From Phoronis australis (taxonomy: Eukaryota > Animalia > Phoronida), in assembly GCA_002633005.1 (NCBI GenBank), contig NMRA01000097.1:574766-638765 (forward strand): 64,000 bases of DNA. Reading direction: 5' to 3'. Shown piece after piece: positions 51,970 through 64,000 of the stretch. A model generated the notes under the pieces. It saw only the letters and a program-made list of their open reading frames with translations, ran no database searches and was not told the origin of the DNA. The position numbers and the translations under genes are program-made. Numbering within the stretch: position 1 is the first letter of the stretch; each line of letters begins with the position of its first letter.

Positions 51970-52311
51970 TTGGGCCTCGGGCTTTAGAATTTACGGCCTC
52001 GGGAGGTGCTCTAGATGCGACAAACGAAATGTTCGGCATCAACTACGGCACCACTTACACGCTCATCTGCAGCACCGATAACGTCAACAACGAAGCAGAT
52101 ATCGTGTACACACTGACTCCAGCTCCACAAAACAGCATTCAGATTGTCAATAGTGCCGTAGACGATAAATTCGGGGGCAAGAACTTTAAAGCGGCTATGA
52201 CATTTAACGCCACTGTGGAGATGCATCACGTGAATGTCTCGTGCAAGTCCCACAACGTCGACCAATCGAAATACCAACAGTTGCGACGTTTAGATCTGTA
52301 CCTGCTGGAAG
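51970..52311 (+). CDS. Exon Ig16 (type A)
   Basis: ctttgcag acceptor, g|gtgaag donor; 342 nt; (F)GPRALEF...YTLICSTDNVN...MTFNATVEMHHVNVSCKSHN. Confidence 0.88.
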
Positions 52312-55033
52312 GTGAAGTATTCGTTTACATCTTTTGTCAGCTTGAAAATAGTGTTCCGAAAATTGACGACTTTAAAACTTGAAATTCTTTAAATAATTCC
52401 TGACAAAAGATACGGAAAGTTTCCTTACATTTTGTCTACGCTACTGTGATAAACATGTGTCACTTTAAGGTAGAATTTCCTCCTTCAATTTAAACTGTGT
52501 ATGTCAAGACACTAGTACTTTTTTATGCTTTTCACGGATGTACTCGAACTCATGTAAAATGCATGACGGTTGCATCAACCAACCAATCGTCTTCCCTGCC
52601 AATCTTGCTTCTCTGTAGGCATGAGCTACACAAATTGGAAGATGACGACGTGATACCTCAGGGAGGGGGGACTCTCCGTGGTTGGTGTAACATGTAACGC
52701 AAACTCAGATATATGTAGGTCTAAACTAATGACAATAAAACGACATCCTGAAAACTGTGAGATCAAAATGGGCTAGGCCTACAGGTGGCGCCCGTTTCTT
52801 TAGACTTCTTGATACGACATAATAATCCATGCGCGCACCCAGTATAAATTATGGGGGGCTCGAATTTTTGACAATGTGAACCTTTTACTAACAAAATACA
52901 AGGGAATAAAAAACGGGTACCACGTTCAGAGTTATGAGTTGTGCATTCGTTCCTTTTTAGTAGACTTTTGTCTCGCTTTCTTGGACTTTTTTTGTTTAGC
53001 TGAGGCGGACCTTTTTGCCCACTTCGCCAAATGGGGGATCCTTCGAGCCCCCGAGCCCCCCCGGGTGCTCGCATGTAATAAGGTTATTAACTTACGATAT
53101 TGCCTTAGATCTATTCCATGAAGACTGAAATGGATCTCAGCTAAGACGGATTTTGGTCTAAATGACAAAAATATTTTAGAAAGTNAATTCCCCCAGATTA
53201 CATTTGACAGTTCGTCAGTGCAAGTTTCTGACGGGCAAAATCCTAGGATCCGTCCCTGCTCATGATGCCAAACGAGGTAAGATAAAAGATACTTTCTTTC
53301 CCATCCGGCATCTGACAAAAGCACCGGACACACAGTGCAGCGCTAACCAACCTGCTCTGCATGCTTACTTTTTTCCTCGTAAACGATATTTCCCTCGTAA
53401 TTGGGACTCAACAGTGTTTTATGAACCACGAGCATTCCTTTTCGGTTTAATAATAACCCGACTTTGTATCTTAAAAATGTCGCATTAAAGCCACTTTTCA
53501 AGAAATGAAACAGCCGTGGATTCGCTGTTTGACGTTATACGATATGATAAAAGTTTCCTCACACACACATTTTTGTTCTGCAAATGTCGCAATTTCCAGA
53601 AATGGGTAAAAATTTTTACTCAATGACCGATGGTAGATTGTCCAAATTGGATGTGTATGATAATACATATGATTTTCGGCGATTCGCTTTTTGAAAACAA
53701 AGGTCATGAGAGGAGCTTTACAGTGTTTAGTTTAAGGAGTAACTTCGTGTTTTGACATCTTTCTTGGTTTCCTTCTATAAACCCAAAAAGCCGTCTCAAT
53801 GTAAATTGATTGGATAACACTGTTTTAGTCACTTTTTTCAATGTCTGCTGGTACATTGAATAGAAGAAACGACCAAAAACTCATAAACAGTGTTCGCGTC
53901 ATTGTCAGTTTTCTCCAGTATTAGTGATAACATGGAATTCCGTTGTCTAAGTACTGTTTATTTGAATCACAGGCGCTTGGGTTTATCGCAAATGACGTCA
54001 CTCATTAATATACAACTGTGTAAGATGACATAAAGGTTGGACACTTAAACTTTGCCAAGCCGAGGCTCCCAACTTCAACCGTCCAAAATCCAAATAAAAT
54101 CTGCGTGCACCTCCCTTAGCCTGGTATTGCAGAAACATTCAAAGCCTTATCTTTCCTAGATCCCATTAACTGTCTTCGTGAGTGGTGAAGTGGCGATGGA
54201 ATTTCCAAAACAATCTCAAAACTCTGAATTCAAGGACCTGAAATAGTAAACGGATTTCAGTTGTGCTTCAACTTGTACGCCTGTCGTAGGTGAAACTTCG
54301 AGTTTGAGTAAGCAACCTATATTTCAAATTCAATAATTCTAATCCAAAACTTAACTATTGAGAATGTTAAAGTTAGTATTTTAATGATTATTTGTAACTT
54401 TATTCCACTGACGGCTCATTTTAGCCCTTAACTTAGAAATTTGTTACATAAACTGGTGTATCTTGTTTCTCATCTTGACATAACGCATGTTTTTGATTGA
54501 AGCACAACACACTCGTCCAGGAAACGCAGTCCGTGTAAGTATTACAATGCGCGTGGCCGACGAGTTAACTCAATGGTTTTGGCCAAAAGTAAAACCTTCA
54601 TAAGAAATCACAGTACACAAAACCTTCGCATATCAATACAGTATCAGGATAATTTATATTTGACACAAATATGTGAGTAATTACATTTATTTGGCAATAA
54701 AGTGCTCTCTGCTTCTCATGATCAAGTAGTCGAGGGATTGACGATGAAAGCCGCGCGAAATTAGACTTTCGGATTTAACTCGGGAGCGTCCGTCAAAAAC
54801 CCGGATGTGCGAAGACCGTCTGCCATGACATCACGGAATCAGGTGCTTGAATTTGTGATTTTGGCATTCTTTTGGCATTGTTGTCGCCAAATGACCACTC
54901 GAAGGCAATTTGACGAGATCAAATGAAAGAAGGTATTCTAAGAGTTGTTCGATGCTAGTTTCGTGGAGTTCCAAGCACATTTGAGTAGAAAATTTTTAGG
55001 AAACAGATTTCGAGTGTCCAACCTTTATGTTTT

Positions 55034-55035
<2 letters not shown>

Positions 55036-55083
<48 letters not shown>
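55036..55083. repeat. (TA)n microsatellite next to an inverted-repeat terminus shared with about 53962-54012
   Basis: TA run; tgagtgacgtcagttgcgataaacccaagcgcctgtgatt vs aatcacaggcgcttgggtttatcgcaaatgacgtcactca. Confidence 0.85.
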
Positions 55084-55087
<4 letters not shown>

Positions 55088-56252
55088 AGTGACGTCAGTT
55101 GCGATAAACCCAAGCGCCTGTGATTTGAATATGCATGGAACGCTAACATGTAACTCGTCAAAACATTGTTTACACTATTCCTAACGAAAGTATCATCACT
55201 CAACGTTTAGTACAAAGTAATTCACTTTCCCCTTTGATGAAATTTAGAGAAAAGAAATCACAAAATTCACGATTTTTGAAAGACGCGCGAAGGAAAACTG
55301 TGGTTACCACATAGTTTCTAATTTCCCTCTCACTTAGGATGAATGCGCACACAATCAGTTGCTTGAAGTTGGTTGAGGTCAAAGGTGACATTTTCCATAA
55401 GTGAAATGTGCTACGTCTAATATCCTGCCATACGAAATAAGGAGACGTGTTTGGGTTGGGGGAGAAAAATCGACGAATTAACGAGCAGTTGATAGGTCGT
55501 ATTTTTGAAATTTGAAACTACAAGAAAATGCTTTGATATCAACAGAAATCAAAAATCTTTACAAACAAACTATAAAATAGCTGGTGAGCAAATTGACTTT
55601 TGTTTCAGTGGCAGAGAAACACTTTCAATATTTGTTTGGTCATTTCGTCACAGGGGAATTACTCTGTACTAGACTTTGCGAGATGGTTCTTTCATAAAGA
55701 ATTGTTTAACATATATTTTTAACGAGTGTTTGCGTTCCATGCCTCTTTTAAATATTTCTGAACTATAAGTAGTACTTGATTGCTCGACCTAAAATAATTT
55801 CTTTTACAATTGTTCGTCTTTACATCAAAACAAATTTCTATAGTGTGTTCTTCTAACTGTGTTGCTCGGGGAGCTATTGCACAGATGGGATCCGCACTCA
55901 AGGAGCATTTTTGGACAATGCGAGAATTGTAGAAAGAAGTTATCCAACAACGAATGCCGTATCGTATTTCACGAACTCTGCACCAGCGTTACAGCTAACT
56001 ACATAAACTATCTAGGTCAAGGTTACAATGTATGTGGGTTGGCGTGTTTCAGTTCCCTAGAACTTTTCAAACGGATGCGCCTAAGTTCCTCCAAAGTGCG
56101 GCAACGGAACAGAATAGATCGGGATATCGAAATTCTAGGTAATAACTTACTGCCTTGAACTTTGTGATGAAGCTCCTCCTATTTACTTCATTCCAGCTCC
56201 TGGTTTGACTCGTTACACACTTTTTCACTAATCAAATATTTACCATTTCAAG

Positions 56253-56585
56253 GCAAACCACCAGAGATTGAAATAAGCCTTCAAAAGGAGAGCAACCGCG
56301 ACCCACACATATCTCTGAAACAGAGACTGTGGAAGCCCTTGGACTATGGGACCGTGTACATTATAATCTGCAGCACAGTTGTAAATTTACCTGACGTACG
56401 CCTTCGATGGAGCACGACTTTTGGGGAGACAGCAACCAAAAACTTGGCTTCGGATGATACGTATTCCACGACCTTCACCTTTACAGCCACCGAAAAGCAA
56501 AACCAGCAGACGATTGTGTGCACTGCCTCTCATGACACTGTTCGCGAGCTCAGTGCAGCACGAAACGTCACTCTAGATGTAACCT
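56253..56585 (+). CDS. Exon Ig17 (type B)
   Basis: atttcaag acceptor, t|gtaagc donor; 333 nt; KPPEIEISL...YIIICSTVVNLPDVRLRW...FTFTA...IVCTASHDTVRE. Confidence 0.88.
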
Positions 56586-57659
56586 GTAAGCAAATTAGCT
56601 TTGCATTCGACTCTTTACCTAGTACAGGCTTAGCGCTGTATACATTTGCTTGAATCTACGTTCTCTGTTGGCGTGGCTATGCGGCGATTGCCCACTTATC
56701 CTCAAAAAGATTATAACTGGGGAAATACCTGTACAGTGTAGTTCTAAATCGAAAGACTAGGTTTTGACGACATATGCCAACTAGATGTTGCCATGCATGT
56801 CTCTTAGAAATATACAAACCAGAACGATAAATTTCTTTTGATGTTTTCTGCTTTACTTTTATGTAAATTTAATTAAAAGGATACCAAACCCGGTTTTGGC
56901 CTGGTAACTGATACTGAAAACGACTTTCCTGCAAGTTCTCCCAAACAAAGCAATGCCCTGTAACCCTCGGATATTCTCAAAAGTTTGGAGGAAAATGTTA
57001 AAACTCCTTTCAGAGTCTGCTAAATGGGCAAGCGCAACCTACGTTTCATAGCGAATTACACGGTAACTGTGGGAAAAGACCACCCACCAATGTCCAATCC
57101 GTGACATAAAAAGTATGATTTTTAGTTGATTCATGAATTTAACATGGGAGATTGGCGCCTGTGATGCAGTGCCTGGTGAAAGAAAGAGGATTAATTGAAA
57201 TCATCAAAACAGGCTTTAGTGTTCTTTTAATTCTCGCGGTTTGTGCGTTTAAGTCCACTAAGGTTTAAGCAGGTGAATGCCTAATCCCAGTTCGCACATT
57301 ACGGCACTTAGATTCAAGTTGAACTCCAGAGTTCATAGTACATGGCAGTAAGTCTAATTTCTGCAGTCGAAACTCGTCTTGAATTCTAACCAATTTATGG
57401 TACACCTCCAGTAATCTTAAAACTATGTACTCGAATCATAGAACATGATTGTTAAATTTCGGCACCTGAGTTTAGAGATTAGACCATTTGCACAGATTTT
57501 GAATTCAAAATCCAATTGGTGTCTTCAGATTTTATTCGCCAAGCGACAAAAAATCACCCCTTGACAGCGACATTGTCGCAAACAACAGAATAGTACATTC
57601 AAATGTAGCTGCATCCAGACCTTTACATTTCACGTGCCATACGTATGGTTCCTTTCAAG

Positions 57660-58007
57660 TTGGTCCTACTCAGATCACTTTTTCCGTGGACGGTGGGGAC
57701 GCAAAGTTTGAGCGGAGAGCCGCAGGAAGTGGTGTGTCGCTATTACTTTTAACCAACATAATTTACACGATACATTGCATAACGGACAGCTTTAACGATC
57801 AAGTCGACTTGGATTTCTTCGGTGATCTCTCTAAAGTCCGTCCCACGCGGCAGTCCAATGAGACGGCGAACGGCGGGCGGACGTTGAAAATTTCGACTTC
57901 GTTTGACGCCGACACAGTGCACGGTTTTCGATTCTACTGCTCGTCTGCAAATCAAAGAAATCGCCAGTTTCATGCTCGGACAACGACATATACTGCTCAC
58001 GTGTCAA
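57660..58007 (+). CDS. Exon Ig18 (type A)
   Basis: cctttcaag acceptor, a|gtaagc donor; 348 nt; (F)GPTQITF...YTIHCITDSFN...TSFDADTVHGFRFYCSSAN. Confidence 0.88.
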
Positions 58008-60176
58008 GTAAGCTTTTCGATCTGGAGCCTGTGAAGTTTCCTGTTGCAGTGTTCCAAGACTGATTAGAAAACTGGACACGTAGGCAACATTTGAAGACAT
58101 TAGGCAAGATTGGGTGGGATTGTTGTGTGGTGTGCTATGAATTCCGCCATATTCTTTGAACGTCGGTTTCATTACTTTAGCCAATGAGAAGCCATCAATA
58201 ATGTTAAACAACATTCCAAGGTGCTACCTTTGGTGGCACTGTGAAAGAGTGTAACGTTTTCTATGACACTCGCCCTGTCGCCAGTTTTGTTGTGAGACTG
58301 GTTACAAAGCAAAAAGTCACCTTAAGAATGTCGTTTGGTTAAAAACAAGTCCTCCAGATTATATAAGATATCCAATATCCCATTCAAGGGTTCTCTTAGC
58401 TGAGACCGTGGGCTGCACAGCTCTACAATATTGATTTGTTTAAAATGCGTAACTTATCAATTTTCAGTGAATATTATCCTTTGTTGACATCAAGTAGGTT
58501 TCAATCAAAAGTTGTTCATTTTGCTCTAGAATTTTGAGAATAAAAGCTTTTCGACAGGGATGATAAAATAACAGACGAATTTCAGCGAAACTTTTGAATA
58601 GATGTACATGTATTTGACGGTAATGCGCTTATACCATTTGACTTTCTGGTGTGTTGCAGCATTCCTAGGGATCGTTTGAAGATTATAGCCGCTACAGAGT
58701 TTGGGTAGATACCAAGAAGTGTTTCGTTGTCGTTAATTGTGTAATATTTTGTATTTGTCAAACCAAGTGATTTCTTTAGGAAGAGAAGTATAATATACCT
58801 TCTCGTCATCTTTGGACGCCTGACGTCTTTTCTCTTTGAAACTTGGTTTACTTCTTTGTTGTAGATGTTGGAAATCGTTTATTTTTTAAACTTTTTTATT
58901 TGGGTATTGATTTTAAATAGTGAGGTACCAAGCCTTTTTGCCAATTCTTACTATTACAGTTTCCCCTTTTGGTCCAAATCGATGTTGTCTTCTTGTACTT
59001 GACATAAAATTGACAAGCATCTCTACAAATTTACCATTTGCGGTGCACTACAGACGTGTATTAATGCCTAGCGTAGCTTTATTTGGTGGGCCCCAAAGAC
59101 AGCGAGCCCCACCGGTCCTCCTTGGGGGTCACGAATACATTTTTCTGCTTTTTGTGAATCAGTTGATATACAACCACGACCACCCCCACCAAAACCACTG
59201 CTAATACACCCACCACCACAACCCGCACCACTACCACCACCACCCCCATCAAAACCACTGCTACTACTACCACCCNCTCTAGTTATTGCAGATTTACCGA
59301 ATAGCCCCATTGCAAGGGGCCCGTGTTTGCCAAGGGTCGTAAGTTTTTTCGTAGCTAAGGTCGTTAATTTTGTTAAGTTCAGCACAATTCAGTGTGGCTA
59401 AGCAGCGGTAAAAAACCTTAATAATTCTGGGGCCATTTTCTCAAGGGTGGTAACTTCGTAAGTCTTATTTTACCCACGAAAGTCTTTAATTTGATTTCAG
59501 ATGCACCCATTTCGTTGTGGCTAGCGAATGCTGCCAAAACGTCTGAGTATTACTAATCCTCAACATAACGCCATTTGCAATGTTCGTCTCTTATAAAACG
59601 CAGTATCGAGTCTATAATAACATTGGTACTGTTGTGATAGCTAGGGCGTGACTTTCGACCTTCGGTGAACGGGCTCAGGTACTAGAGTCATACATATCTC
59701 CTAGAATATCCAATGGCACACAGTGGTTGACATTTTAGGGGGTGTCTGGCATATTGTCTGTCATGGGGCATTTAGTGATCAGTAGCACGTATTAAATCAC
59801 ATGGAATTGTTTTTGTGGGACCTCGAATGTATGAGCTACTTCATTTTGGGGGCGGGTCCTGTTTTGGTTTCTGCCCGACCCATTCCAGAGTGCAATTTTT
59901 CTATCACGGGTCATTCGGTGTTCAGTGTGGTACTTGGCCAGTACCTCGAATATCTAATCTTGCTCGTTTTGGCCCCCATGTAAGGTCCGCAAAGGACATA
60001 CCCAGAGTGCAGACAGCGGCAAACGTCCATTTCTGTATCTACTGAGGTGAACTCTAAGTGCTCCTATGGCCAGATGTCGGTACCTCGTTCATCTGTGCTA
60101 AGTGCTCTGGGCTGTCGGTCCATAACCAAGAGACATACCTTATGTGAAAATAAGCCCGGTTACATAATATTTTTAG

Positions 60177-60521
60177 GTAACAGTCTGACGCTTGCGTTTA
60201 ACGCTGACGGGATAGACCTCGACCCTGCTTTGAGCTTGCACACGGTTGTTTCCGGCGACAGAGTCGTCATTACGTGCTGGACAACCACACCGGCCAATCA
60301 CGTGATTGTGAACGTGACACAGTCTATGCAAGGTTTGATCTCGGCCGTGAACCACACATGGATGGGATCTTACCCGTGGTACAACCACTCGAGAACTCTT
60401 ACTTTCCATGAGGTCACGCCAGCCCATGACCTAATGACTATTAATTGCACTGCCAGCCATCCTCAGTTTACGGCCGACAGAAGAACTGATCTAACTAAAA
60501 TGCTTATCATCCGGGTCAGAT
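60177..60521 (+). CDS. Exon Ig19 (B-like Ig domain); gene continues downstream
   Basis: atttttag acceptor, t|gtaagc donor; 345 nt; SGDRVVITCWTTTP...LTFHEVTPAHDLMTINCTASHPQF. Confidence 0.88.
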
Positions 60522-60649
60522 GTAAGCCTTCTTTAGTCGGTTGATTACTCTTGCACTTAGAAATTTCTGATGCCTGTACGTTATTTAATGAATTCTTTCT
60601 GAAGCCATGGAACGCAGTAATCAGCTCAAGTAAAATACCAAGAGCCTTA

Positions 60650-61490
60650 TCCCTGAATTTAGTTTATGTAGAAACTTATTGAAAAGTCTATGTATTATGC
60701 CAAAAGTCTAGAATAACTGGGTAAATGTATATATTTTCTGAAAGCAGAAAGCCCATAGGTTTTGATATTTGATTTTTTACCAATCTGCCATGATGTCACG
60801 TGACCGTGTTTTAGAAAATTTAGTAAAAAGGAATGGTACAATGGTATCAAATTTTATTGTCTGAATATTCAAAACGAGATATCGAATAGTGTTCTAAAAT
60901 ATCATTTCTTTTTCGTTTTATGAAACTGAAAGTTATGTATTATTCGGCTGGAAAAATGTTCAAGTTTGTCTAGCTTCGGAACTACACATGTCAAAAATGG
61001 ATGATTGCGTTGTCACGAAACTTACAGACACTACTTGTATGCTCTGCCCACCGTTCTCGAGAGATCTGTCAAAAATAGCTTTCAATACGTTCCACATTTT
61101 CATGACCAGCTATCGAAATAGGATTTTGTGATTTTATGACGGGAAGCAAAAGTTGCACTAAATGAAAACTAAACAATACATGGAATAGAAAAATGTAACA
61201 GCGGCTCTGAAATTTTATCTTGAACATTTGTACTAAACAAATTTTGGCCCCGTTACTAATACCGTCGTTTTGACGTGACGGGTACTTTTCCTTTTTTGCT
61301 GAATTTCATCAGAAAACATAGGCTCTTGACCCAATGAATGACATATTGTTAAGAAGACAAATATCAAATTCTACGGGTTTTTTACTATAAGAAAATGTAA
61401 ATGTTTACATAGTTAGAATATACACATGTTGTTTTTTACATATTTGACTAAAGACACAGACTTCGTCTGTAAGCCTTTTACTTAACCTTA
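60650..61490. mobile_element. Old TIR element with degenerate inverted arms
   Basis: atattttctgaaagcagaaagcccataggttttgatattt vs aaatatcaaattctacgggttttttactataagaaaatgt. Confidence 0.45.
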
Positions 61491-63597
61491 ACCAATTAGA
61501 TATGAAAATCATAAAAGTTCAAATTGGATACATGTAGCTCGTCACGTGTTTCGGAGAGCAGTCCATAACGCACAGTGCCATTTCTGCCACGATTGGGAAT
61601 TTTTCTAAGTTCCTGCATAATCTTAGCCCAATGTGAGCCTCATCCCCTAAACTCAGTCATACATGATACCAGTACAAATATGCAGGTTTGTTCGAAGAGT
61701 ACTAAGTGATTGTTCAATTTTCTAGCATAGCTTTGACTGCGGAGGTAAGACCCAGGTTTAAACGATTTCTCATGTGTACCAGTTTCAATGTCTTCCTGTG
61801 TCCTTGCGCATTTCGTGCACTATCAAAGCTCAAAAGTTTTCAATTTCTGTATGCTCAAGCTCAAAAGTGTGCAATTTCTGTATGCACTACCACAACTATC
61901 CTATTATTAAGAACATGGTTTGACACCAAAACAACTGCTTTTCAACACAAAGAATAGCACTCTATGAAACTGTTGTGCAAGGGAGGTTTCATCCGCGGCG
62001 CGCGGTTAATTAGAGAAGCCCTGCAGTTAATGATCTTATCGGAATTCATGAATTTTTAACTGAACCACATATATGATTGAAATGTGATTGGCGGTGGCTA
62101 TCTCAATGACAGAATGGCAAGAACACTTGGAATGGAAGTCTTCTGAACTTGGCTTCCAACTGTACAGTGTTTTTCATTCATATAATGTATGTTGATCTTT
62201 TGAAATAACAGTAAATCCAAGGTACCAAGAAGTGTTGCCTGAAAAGCAGAATGAACATATTCTTTCGGTACTTCGTTATCGCAAGCTAATTCTACCATGT
62301 TTTGGTCACTGTATCTGTGAAATGAAAGATGAAATCTGAGGACGATTATAATTTAATCATTTAGGTGCTCCACACTACAAATTATAATCAAGTGCTATAT
62401 ATTTGGTTTCTACAGTGAATGACTTTGAAGATAGATGAGGGTTACATCTACTGCGTATGAGTCAAAACTGAAATAATCTCAGTAAAGTTAATACATGTTG
62501 GCCTGTGTAAACCAAAATGATCTACCCTTTACCATAATAAGTAATTTAGAATACGCAATATTTTAGAACATTTAAGCATTACAAATGTTACCCAACAGCA
62601 CGACAGATTACATAATATGGAAATGACATGCCTATTACCATGGCAATCGGGTATTTCTTTACACTAGAATTCGATAACAATGATTAAAAAATAAGGAGTT
62701 GCAAGGATTGGGGACTTGAAGTTTCACAATCTAACATAGCCTATTTCTCTAATTAAGAGTTTCCAATTGTTGTTGCCTTGATGACTTGAAGTAAGAAAAC
62801 AACAAGTTACAAAACATCAATTTAAAACGCAGTTGAGACGTAAAATTTAGAAAAAATGTGAATTATATTGTGACACATAATCACACCTTGGAGAGCTATT
62901 GACTTTCAAACAAAAATGATTTCAAATTTATTACACCTATTTTTAGCTGAGTGGGATATTCACAGCAAAATAGTTAGAATATTTCTTATATTTTTGCACA
63001 AAAACTTAAAAATTAGGCAAAGTTGCTCTTTACAATAGCGCTCATCAAAATGTATCAATGTTAAATCTTCATCAATTTAATTACAAAATAGATGATTGAA
63101 CATGCCTTTCAGTCACCGTGTTGTCGGTACCGCCGGAAATGAGTCCAACGGGAATTGTGAGCACATTTATCACTCCATAAGTAACGTCTGCGAGGCTAAA
63201 AACTGGTGAAAAATGTTGAATAGCGCAGAGTAGTAGGTAAAGATATTTCTCACTTGTCATCGTAAATTATTTGTGAAAATAATTTGTACACAGTTTTAAA
63301 CTGGTAACTGATGCCGCTGTCGTTCAAGATGGCCGACTCGAAATGACTCAAATTTCGCCACAAAAATTACCAATAATTTTGCACTGATTAACCTGATTTT
63401 GATAACTTTTCATTTTTGTTGCGTGCGATGCATTATCGTTCCTCTTACAAATATATTTTTGCAAAAAATAGTAATTCAAAGAAAGGCAATCTACTGGCTA
63501 CTTCTAGCACTTAATCCTTTCCGTCAGTGTCCGTCGATGCTATCCGCCATTTTAATGTGAGGTTACAATACAAGCCTAAGGCTTACATGTACTAGCT

Positions 63598-63837
63598 TCC
63601 GAAAAGAGATGGCACGTGCCGTTTCGAATACTCTCTAAAAGTTCAATTATCCTGGTTTACAACCATACTCTGATAGCAGGCTGTCGTCCTCGAAGCAGTC
63701 CACAGAAAAATGTTCGCTACATAACACCGAATACAGCCAGACTCCATAGCCTTCCCTCCTGCGACGCAGTCTTGGATGAGTGGGAAACTTAATATGCATG
63801 TATTGTCACAGCCTCCAACTATACAACGGTCCGTCAT
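63598..63837 (-). pseudogene. Degenerate THAP-domain relic
   Basis: MTDRCIVGGCDNT..SFP / frameshift / SVLCSEHFSVDCFEDD ... VPSLF. Confidence 0.7.
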
Positions 63838-64000
63838 TCTTCGTCAAATATTTATTTCAGTTAAATTAAAAATCAGTCTAAATTCGAAAAAAACAAAAGT
63901 ACTCCTTTTGGCACAAAACAATGATCACTATGGACAGACTCGGCAATGATCGGGTCACGTTTCTGGTGTAGCGTATTTTCCGAAGATAGCAGACGCTGAC

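Noticed and set aside
15581-60544. ORF-track starts and stops treated as separate small genes
   Set aside because: Each Ig ORF has AG/GT boundaries inside it; the terminal CK, CE or GK residues are read-through into gtaag/gtgag donors.

Overview
AT-rich eukaryotic genomic DNA, probably from a marine invertebrate (inference), from a draft assembly with single-N joins at 22096, 27850, 44229, 53185 and 59276 and gaps at 14780-14788 and 38927-39837. The main feature is one very large + strand gene fragment spanning 15084 to at least 60521. It has one 6-Cys EGF/EB-like exon followed by 19 single-domain Ig-like exons, one of them cut by an assembly join. Every complete exon is phase 1-1 with AG/GT boundaries, and together they give about 2,140 codons. 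After an atypical cysteine-less first Ig domain, the domains alternate strictly between two types (A,B)x9, a CEACAM-like doublet array of highly diverged, heavily N-glycosylated domains. I could not find a signal-peptide, transmembrane or stop exon in the window. The introns and the first 15 kb are full of transposon relics: Kolobok/THAP, Copia, Gypsy, Penelope-like, an RNase H LINE, Helentron-like HINEs, MITEs, tRNA-SINEs and minisatellites.
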